From a virus, in IMG/VR virus record IMGVR_UViG_3300045988_031782: DNA of 5,758 bases; one strand, 5' to 3'. This document shows, in pieces, positions 1 through 3,896 of this stretch. Position 1 is the stretch's first letter. The number at the start of each line of letters is the position of its first letter. Below the pieces are notes generated by a model. It was given only the letters and a program-made list of their open reading frames with translations, did no database searches and was not told the DNA's origin. A program made the position numbers and the translations under genes.

Positions 1-99
1 AAACCACGTTATGCTGTTTGCTGGCCACGACTGGTTTAGGATTATTTTATCTGTTGTTTTGGCGGTATCTTGGATGGTGTTATATCCATATACCGGTGC
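1..99. repeat. Left copy of the 99-nt terminal direct repeat (circular-assembly overlap)
   Basis: Base-for-base identical to 5660..5758 on direct reading. It lies inside the VP1 coding frame. Confidence 0.95.
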
Positions 100-777
100 A
101 TCACCTGCTAGGCTGATTTCCACAGGGTCAGATTTCAACGGACTCGGCAAACAGCTGGTGAAGTAGTCGTGGAACTTTCCGGCTTTTGCCGGTTTTCTTG
201 AGTATAAGGCTGCTTCGTTGGTGCTCGTGGTATTTTTCGGTTCGTTTACGCTTTCGTTTTTCAGCGTTTCCGGATTTTCACCATTTGAGCCTTCATCCGT
301 TTTTTTATAGCCCAGCATCAACGGTGCTTCGAGGTTTTCATCTCGGAACCACTCGTTGTAAATCATGGCGTATGCGCGTGCTGGCAGCGCGTTTACTTTG
401 ATTTTATTTTTTACTCCGGTCGGCAGTCCGAAGTAGTCTCCGAGGCTGCCATTGCTCAGACCGCTGATACCGCCGATCGTGCAAGTCGGTGTGCTGTATT
501 CGGTCTTTTCTGCCCAGTAATTTGTGTCGTTCTCTCCGAACATGTTCTCCCAGTGTTCCCACAGCAGACGGCACGGAACAAAGAAGAAGTAGGTATCCAT
601 GTAGCAGTTATCCATAATCGGATAGATGGGTGTGCTCATACGGATAAGCCCGTTCAGGTGTACTTTTGCTGTATCGCCCGGAAGTACTTCATCGCAGTAG
701 ATAGGCACCAGGTCACCTTCGTTTATGGTCGTCAGGAGCTGATGGCTTCTGTCAAATTTGCTTCGTGGTCGTTCCAT
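1..777 (-). CDS. VP1: Major capsid protein VP1 (F-like), N-terminal 259 codons. It runs off the left edge and continues at 5659.
   Basis: My translation from ATG 777: MERPRSKFDRSHQLLTTINEGDLVPIYCDEVLPGDTAKVHLNGLIRMSTPIYPIMDNCYMDTYFFFVPCRLLWEHWENMFGEND...NALPARAYAMIYNEWFRDENL...HDYFTSCLPSP. These are the hallmark Microviridae VP1 motifs (RSxFD.SH, EVLPGDT, TP..P.MDN, FFVP.R..W, ALP.RAY..I.NEWFRD, HDYFTS). The frame is open to position 1. 777 nt is exactly 259 codons, in phase with 4793..5659. It is not in the ORF track because it is open-ended at the window edge. Confidence 0.95.
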   Translation of the reverse strand, partial: MERPRSKFDRSHQLLTTINEGDLVPIYCDEVLPGDTAKVHLNGLIRMSTPIYPIMDNCYMDTYFFFVPCRLLWEHWENMFGENDTNYWAEKTEYSTPTCTIGGISGLSNGSLGDYFGLPTGVKNKIKVNALPARAYAMIYNEWFRDENLEAPLMLGYKKTDEGSNGENPETLKNESVNEPKNTTSTNEAALYSRKPAKAGKFHDYFTSCLPSPLKSDPVEISLAGDAPVYGYNTIQDTAKTTDKIILNQSWPANSITWF

Positions 778-802
778 TCGCGGCACTTGTGCGAAATGGT
801 TC

Positions 803-1240
803 TCACTGTTTCGGTTCGTTTTCCTTCACCCCTTCCTTTTTTTCGTCCTGCTTCGGCTGTTCGCCCGGCTTCTGTTGCTCGGTCTGCTGCATCTGTTTCA
901 GCTGTTCCATTGTTTCGGCTGCTGCCTCGGCCTTTTCGTGCATCGTCATGATATCCTTCGGTAGATTTTCAAGGTCAGTTCCTTCGGTGTATACCATGCT
1001 CTTTGCCTTGATGCTGGTGTCTCCTGCTTCCAGCCGTGCGATTGCGCTTGCAAGGTCGTAGCCCTCGCCCGCTCGCTGGATTTTCTCGTATGTGTTCTCG
1101 TCCGGCTGCTCGATGTAGTCGGTTGTGCCGTTCGGTCGCTTTACTGCTTTCCACGTTGGCGCGGTCTTGCTGCCCGGATTGTTTACCACTCTCTCGGTCG
1201 GTAGCCCGTAGTATCTTACTAGTGCTTCAGGATTTAGCAT
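803..1240 (-). CDS. VP3: Putative internal scaffolding protein (VP3-like), 145 aa
   Basis: ATG at 1240 is preceded by GAAGGAGA with a 7-nt spacer. The size and position (directly upstream of VP1) fit. The segment YDLASAIARLEAGD...TEGTD...LPKDIMTMHEKAEAAAETMEQL has the same layout I recall for gokushovirus VP3 (D-I-x-x-I-V-x-x-F-x-x-T-G ... Y-x-D ... helical EA-rich part). The C-terminal tail is acidic and Lys/Glu/Gln-rich. Confidence 0.55.
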   Translation of the reverse strand: MLNPEALVRYYGLPTERVVNNPGSKTAPTWKAVKRPNGTTDYIEQPDENTYEKIQRAGEGYDLASAIARLEAGDTSIKAKSMVYTEGTDLENLPKDIMTMHEKAEAAAETMEQLKQMQQTEQQKPGEQPKQDEKKEGVKENEPKQ

Positions 1241-1481
1241 TGGTCGTCTCCTTCAGGTCGATGAGTCGTGCGATGTGTTCAGGCATTGCTTCGCTCATGT
1301 AGCCCGTTTCGGTGTCGAATTCGCCCAGTTCTACGATCGAAATATCTTCGATTTCACTCGGCTTGCTTTCGTTGGCTTTCCAGCGTGCTGTTCGCACTGC
1401 CTGCGCCCTGTTGTTCTGCAGGAATGGTTGCGAGTAGCCGTTGGTCAATGCATCATGGAATGAGTAGAATTTCAGTTTCAT
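1227..1481 (-). CDS. VP5: Small non-structural protein, VP5/ORF5-like (conserved Microviridae family), 84 aa
   Basis: ATG at 1481 is preceded by AAGGAG with a 7-nt spacer. MKLKFYSFHDALTNGYSQPFLQNNRAQAVRTA...ISIVELGEFDTETG matches the remembered ORF5-family pattern (MK.F.V.D.K...Y..PFF......A.R.F ... D..L..IG..DD..). The 14-nt overlap with the next gene suggests translational coupling. Confidence 0.5.
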   Translation of the reverse strand: MKLKFYSFHDALTNGYSQPFLQNNRAQAVRTARWKANESKPSEIEDISIVELGEFDTETGYMSEAMPEHIARLIDLKETTNAKS

Positions 1482-1493
1482 GTTTTTTCTCCT

Positions 1494-1610
1494 TTATTCT
1501 TTGTCTTTGCTTGCGTCCTTCAGTGCGTGGTAGATTTCATCGAGCTTTTCAAGGATGCTCATCATCAGCGCAATTGCTTCCTTAACGTCCTTGACCTTAA
1601 TCAATGCCAT
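1494..1610 (-). CDS. Hypothetical 38-aa protein (below the ORF-track cutoff), predicted soluble amphipathic helix
   Basis: ATG at 1610 is preceded by a near-perfect SD, AAAGGAGGTG, with a 7-nt spacer. Translation: MALIKVKDVKEAIALMMSILEKLDEIYHALKDASKDKE. Its TAA stop is embedded in the SD (TAAAGGAG) of the next gene. It fills an otherwise unexplained gap in a tightly packed operon. Confidence 0.45.
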   Translation of the reverse strand: MALIKVKDVKEAIALMMSILEKLDEIYHALKDASKDKE

Positions 1611-1641
1611 TAAGTCACCTCCTTTCTTTGGTTTGTATTGC

Positions 1642-1758
1642 TTACAGTCGGATGCCGCCGCGCGAGACCTTCGGTCTGACGTTGATGTTTTTTACCCGCT
1701 TTGCAGTCTGGGTAAAGCGTTTCTGGTCGCCTTGACCTGCTCCGCTTCTGTGTGCCAT
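1642..1758 (-). CDS. Small basic DNA-binding/packaging protein (phiX174 J / chlamydiaphage ORF8-like), 38 aa, below the ORF-track cutoff
   Basis: ATG at 1758 is 2 nt after the M15 stop and is preceded by AAGGGGGTG. Translation: MAHRSGAGQGDQKRFTQTAKRVKNINVRPKVSRGGIRL. It has 10 Arg/Lys against 1 acidic residue. The C-terminal RGGIRL resembles the RGGIR[FL] ending I recall for gokushovirus ORF8-type proteins. Confidence 0.6.
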   Translation of the reverse strand: MAHRSGAGQGDQKRFTQTAKRVKNINVRPKVSRGGIRL

Positions 1759-1760
1759 TG

Positions 1761-2153
1761 TTACACCCCCTTTCTGTATTTTTTTCCGGTTCGCACATCA
1801 AAGTGCACCCAAGTGTTGTATACGATAATGCCGCATCCATCCGGTACGATTTCATTCAGTTTGTTGGCGAGTTCTTTTGTGCTCATGCCATCGACCCGGA
1901 TATCTGCTGCCATACCGCGCATATGGTAGCTGTATTTTGCTCCGTTGCATTTTTTGTTCCACTCTGGTGTTCTGTATCCGCTGGTAATGATTACCGGCTT
2001 TCCTAGCTTATGTCGGAGGATGTCCAGAACGGAATATAAGTAGTCGTCTATGAATACTACCGGACTGCCGTCTTTGCAAGCAAATTCTTTTACTTTGAAG
2101 TGTCTTGCAAGTTGTACGTTTCCGTCTGTGTTCATGATATAGCTTTTAAGCAT
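1761..2153 (-). CDS. Peptidase M15 family (Peptidase_M15_3 / YcbK-like zinc D,D- or L,D-peptidase), candidate endolysin, 130 aa
   Basis: FKVKEFACKDGS...LGKPVIITSGYRTPEWNKKCNGAKYSYHMRGMAADIRV...YNTWVHFDVR carries the family signature (EF.C ... SGYR....N...G...S.H..G.A.D ... VH.D), giving the H/D/H zinc ligands. I prefer ATG 2153 (AAGGAG 10 nt upstream) to the track's TTG at 2162, which sits only 1 nt after the SD. Confidence 0.88.
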   Translation of the reverse strand: MLKSYIMNTDGNVQLARHFKVKEFACKDGSPVVFIDDYLYSVLDILRHKLGKPVIITSGYRTPEWNKKCNGAKYSYHMRGMAADIRVDGMSTKELANKLNEIVPDGCGIIVYNTWVHFDVRTGKKYRKGV

Positions 2154-2379
2154 CTTTGTCAATCTCCTTTTTTAAGAATTTCCATATTCCTTCTGGTGCA
2201 GTGAGTGTGAATTGGTCAACGTCTCCTGTGTGAATGTTTACTCTGTATAGAACATCCTCGTAGGTGCCTTGTTCTTCATTCCATCTCGTTTCTATGTTGA
2301 ATTGGTGGTCTTTGCTTTCTACGTACTCGCCTTTTAGCAGCCATTTGATAGTTCTTTTGGATAGTCTAGGTTTTCTCAT
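2146..2379 (-). CDS. Hypothetical protein, 77 aa, first gene after the promoter. No family recognised.
   Basis: ATG 2379 is preceded by AAGAGAGGTG with an ~8-nt spacer, so I prefer it to the track's GTG at 2388. Translation: MRKPRLSKRTIKWLLKGEYVESKDHQFNIETRWNEEQGTYEDVLYRVNIHTGDVDQFTLTAPEGIWKFLKKEIDKDA. There is no hydrophobic segment. Its stop overlaps the M15 start (ATGCTTAA, 8-nt overlap). Confidence 0.6.
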   Translation of the reverse strand: MRKPRLSKRTIKWLLKGEYVESKDHQFNIETRWNEEQGTYEDVLYRVNIHTGDVDQFTLTAPEGIWKFLKKEIDKDA

Positions 2380-2411
2380 TTTGAGCACCTCTCTTTCTTT
2401 TCTGTGATTTA

Positions 2412-2440
2412 ATTATATCATTTGTCAATAGCTTTTTCAA
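2412..2440 (-). promoter_or_regulatory. Near-consensus sigma70/sigmaA promoter with extended -10, driving the 77aa-M15-J-38aa-VP5-VP3-VP1(-VP2) operon
   Basis: The minus strand reads TTGAAA (2440..2435) - 17 nt - TATAAT (2417..2412), with TG one base upstream of the -10 (TGATATAAT). There is an A/T-rich tract upstream. It lies ~33 nt before the first ATG, in the only sizeable gap besides the large non-coding region. Confidence 0.75.
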
Positions 2441-2494
2441 TGATTTTTGATGATTGTAATAATTTTGTAACCCTTTCTTTTGCTCCTTTGTTTT

Positions 2495-2513
2495 GAAAGG
2501 CGCTTTAGCGCCC
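2495..2513 (-). terminator. Weak hairpin downstream of Rep, a possible leaky terminator
   Basis: The minus strand reads GGGCGC-TAAA-GCGCCT followed by TTCAAAA. That is 5 G:C pairs plus a G:U, but only a short T tract. Confidence 0.3.
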
Positions 2514-2570
2514 TGCTGTATGGAGCGTAGCGGAATTCAGCTAATCCATTCCTTTTTAGCGCTGTGCGCG

Positions 2571-3560
2571 TCAAACTTTCGGTTCACGCCACTTTTGCTT
2601 TAGCTTGTCTTTTTCTTTCTGAATGTTGAGGTAAGTCTCGTAATCCACGCTTGTAGACTGTTCTAGATTGACCAAACTTTGTATTGCGCTGCGTCTGCGT
2701 CTGGCTCTAACCTCTCTCAGCTCGTCAGAATGTGCCTTAAAATAGCTTTCAGTGTCTTGGCTGGTGTCCTTATCTAGAATCTTATCAAAATAGCGTGGAG
2801 GCCTTTTCTCGCGTCCTCCTGCGCATATGATGCTATCTGTCTTTAAGATTTCATCTTTGTGTTCGTTTAGATACTTTTCGCCAATGCCTTTCGACATGAT
2901 TCGGAACTCTGGCTCTCTGCCTTCCATCCAGTATTTTGCCGCTTGCTCTGCACCTATGGCTTTCTTGTTGACGTATTGCGCCACGTATGCAAAGCTTCCC
3001 GGTTGTGCTGGTGAAAAGTCTATCATGCCCTTGCCCCAGATTTTTTGTAGCCACTCGCTTTTGAAATAGCTGTTGCCTTTTTGGTTTTTATACCATTGTG
3101 CATCCGGTGGCTTTAATCCGAATACTATGGCATGATAGTGTGGTCTTTTTGTTCTGTCGCCATATTCTGCCGCTAAAAAGTATTTTATCGGCTTCTTGTA
3201 TGCTTTCCGTAGACGTTTTAGAAATAGCTGCACGTCTCGCTTGCTTACTGTTTGACTTTGAATGCTTCTGTAGCCTTTGATGATTTCTCCGTACGGAATA
3301 TGTTCATCGTCATACGTCAGTGTTAGAAAAATCACATCGTCCCACTCTTTTGCCTCCAGCTCTATTCTTGTTGCCCATTGGTCTGCCATCTGTTTGCGGC
3401 AGTACTCGCATTTACCGCATGGTAACAATGCGAATTTTCCTTTTTTGATTCCGTCCATGATGTCCGTTTGAAGTCCTTGCTTTGTTAGGTTCTCCAGACT
3501 TCCCCACAGCTGCGGTTTTTTCGTGTCCATCTGGAATACTAATGGTTTTGTACATGGCAT
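2571..3560 (-). CDS. VP4: Replication initiation protein VP4 (HUH rolling-circle endonuclease, phiX174 A-like), 329 aa
   Basis: FLTLTY (motif I), RPHYHAIVFG (HUH motif II) and FAYVAQYVNKK (catalytic Tyr motif III) are in the canonical order, with CGKCEYCR upstream. I prefer ATG 3560 (N-terminus MPCTKPL, typical of Microviridae Rep). The track's GTG 3575 lies inside a hairpin stem. Confidence 0.93.
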   Translation of the reverse strand: MPCTKPLVFQMDTKKPQLWGSLENLTKQGLQTDIMDGIKKGKFALLPCGKCEYCRKQMADQWATRIELEAKEWDDVIFLTLTYDDEHIPYGEIIKGYRSIQSQTVSKRDVQLFLKRLRKAYKKPIKYFLAAEYGDRTKRPHYHAIVFGLKPPDAQWYKNQKGNSYFKSEWLQKIWGKGMIDFSPAQPGSFAYVAQYVNKKAIGAEQAAKYWMEGREPEFRIMSKGIGEKYLNEHKDEILKTDSIICAGGREKRPPRYFDKILDKDTSQDTESYFKAHSDELREVRARRRRSAIQSLVNLEQSTSVDYETYLNIQKEKDKLKQKWREPKV

Positions 3561-3567
3561 TTTTGTT

Positions 3568-3602
3568 ACCGGCACAAGCTTCCTTGTCTATCTTGTGCCG
3601 GT
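3568..3602 (-). promoter_or_regulatory. Perfect 11-bp inverted repeat (13-nt loop), 7 nt upstream of the Rep ATG
   Basis: The minus strand reads ACCGGCACAAG-ATAGACAAGGAAG-CTTGTGCCGGT-AACAAAA-ATG. A GAGGTG Shine-Dalgarno-like element sits 3 nt upstream of the 5' arm, and an AAGGAAG sits in the loop. Confidence 0.7.
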
Positions 3603-3635
3603 TGACACCTCGCTTCCTTTATATATTAACTTGTT

Positions 3636-3653
3636 GTAGTAGTAGTAGTAGTA
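3636..3653. repeat. Trinucleotide microsatellite (GTA)6 on plus, (TAC)6 on the coding strand
   Basis: Six perfect tandem GTA units read directly. They are flanked on both sides by TGTTG (TTGTTG-(TAG)6-TGTTGAAAC). Confidence 0.95.
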
Positions 3654-3654
3654 G

Positions 3655-3673
3655 TGTTGAAACTGTTGAAAAC
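3655..3673 (+). repeat. Iteron cluster A: 2 tandem copies of TGTTGAAA(A)C
   Basis: TGTTGAAAC at 3655 and TGTTGAAAAC at 3664, read directly. Confidence 0.85.
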
Positions 3674-3716
3674 TCGTTTTTTTAACGTTTCTACGTTTAT
3701 TTATTGCCTTTTTGCT

Positions 3717-3756
3717 TGTTGAAAACTTTGTTGAAAACTTGTTGAATTGTTGAATG
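3717..3756 (+). repeat. Iteron cluster B: 4 tandem copies (TGTTGAAAAC x2, TGTTGAATT, TGTTGAATG)
   Basis: Copies start at 3717, 3729, 3740 and 3748 (spacing 12, 11, 8 nt). The cluster abuts the 17-nt palindrome. Confidence 0.85.
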
Positions 3757-3773
3757 TTCGTCATTATGACGAA
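3757..3773. promoter_or_regulatory. 17-nt palindrome TTCGTCAT-T-ATGACGAA between iteron clusters B and C. Candidate origin stem-loop or operator.
   Basis: The arms TTCGTCAT and ATGACGAA are perfect reverse complements around a single T. As a hairpin this gives a 6-bp stem with an A/T loop (ATTAT on plus, ATAAT on minus). Confidence 0.6.
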
Positions 3774-3791
3774 TTTCTTTGTGCAACTTGT

Positions 3792-3821
3792 TGTTGAAAA
3801 CCTGTTGAAAGTGTTGAAAAC
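3792..3821 (+). repeat. Iteron cluster C: 3 tandem copies (TGTTGAAAAC, TGTTGAAAG, TGTTGAAAAC)
   Basis: Copies start at 3792, 3803 and 3812. The last copy is half of a small hairpin, GAAAAC-TCAA-GTTTTC (3816..3831). Confidence 0.85.
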
Positions 3822-3861
3822 TCAAGTTTTCCACATTCTTTATTTTTTGGATTATTGTTAC

Positions 3862-3888
3862 AAAAAAGGGGGATGTTTTCCATCCCCC
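3862..3888 (-). terminator. Strong rho-independent terminator after VP2
   Basis: The minus strand reads GGGGGATG-GAAAA-CATCCCCC followed by TTTTTTG. That is an 8-bp G:C-rich stem and a 6-T tract, starting 8 nt after the VP2 stop. Confidence 0.85.
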
Positions 3889-3896
3889 TTCCTTTC

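Noticed and set aside
1-99. The terminal direct repeat as a biological LTR, a DTR packaging end, or a mobile-element boundary.
   Set aside because: The repeat lies in-frame inside the capsid gene, and joining the copies restores a full-length VP1. Microviridae genomes are circular. An assembly overlap is the simplest explanation.
1610-1855. 81-aa minus-strand ORF overlapping the 3' end of M15 and the J-like gene.
   Set aside because: It is out of frame with two better-supported genes. It has no SD before its start, which lies inside M15. Its basic tail is just the J-like gene region read in a shifted frame.
2851-3054. 67-aa minus-strand ORF embedded in Rep.
   Set aside because: It is an alternative frame of a well-supported gene. 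It has no SD, no hydrophobic segment that would suggest an E-like lysis protein, and no recognisable motif.
2162-3575. Track start codons TTG 2162 (M15), GTG 2388 (77 aa) and GTG 3575 (Rep).
   Set aside because: In each case an in-frame ATG 3 to 5 codons downstream has better SD spacing (M15, 77-aa gene) or a more typical family N-terminus (Rep). The upstream non-ATG codons are probably just the first permissive codons in the open frame. The Rep case stays uncertain.
3602-3629. Plus-strand promoter-like TTGACA ... TATATT/TATTAA.
   Set aside because: The spacing is 14 or 16 nt. It points antisense into the iteron region, where there is no plus-strand gene. The TTGACA is just the tail of the hairpin flank. 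An antisense RNA cannot be excluded, but nothing supports one.
3784-3790. CAACTTG, identical to the first 7 nt of the phiX174 origin nick region (CAACTTG/ATATTAATAAC).
   Set aside because: It is on the window plus strand, which is complementary to the virion-sense strand that Rep should nick. The following sequence (TTGTTGAAAAC) does not continue the phiX174 origin. A 7-mer match is weak evidence.
3655-3821. Possibility that the short repeats form a CRISPR array.
   Set aside because: The repeat units are only 8 to 10 nt, with spacers of 0 to 3 nt inside clusters. This is nothing like 25-40-nt CRISPR repeats separated by unique spacers of similar size.
3789-3861. Weak coding-strand promoter candidates for Rep: TTGTAA-17 nt-AAGAAT just after the VP2 terminator, and TTGCAC-14 nt-CATAAT over the palindrome (the latter extends down to about 3762).
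   Set aside because: The hexamer matches are poor or the spacer is non-functional (14 nt). Neither is distinguishable from chance in A/T-rich sequence.
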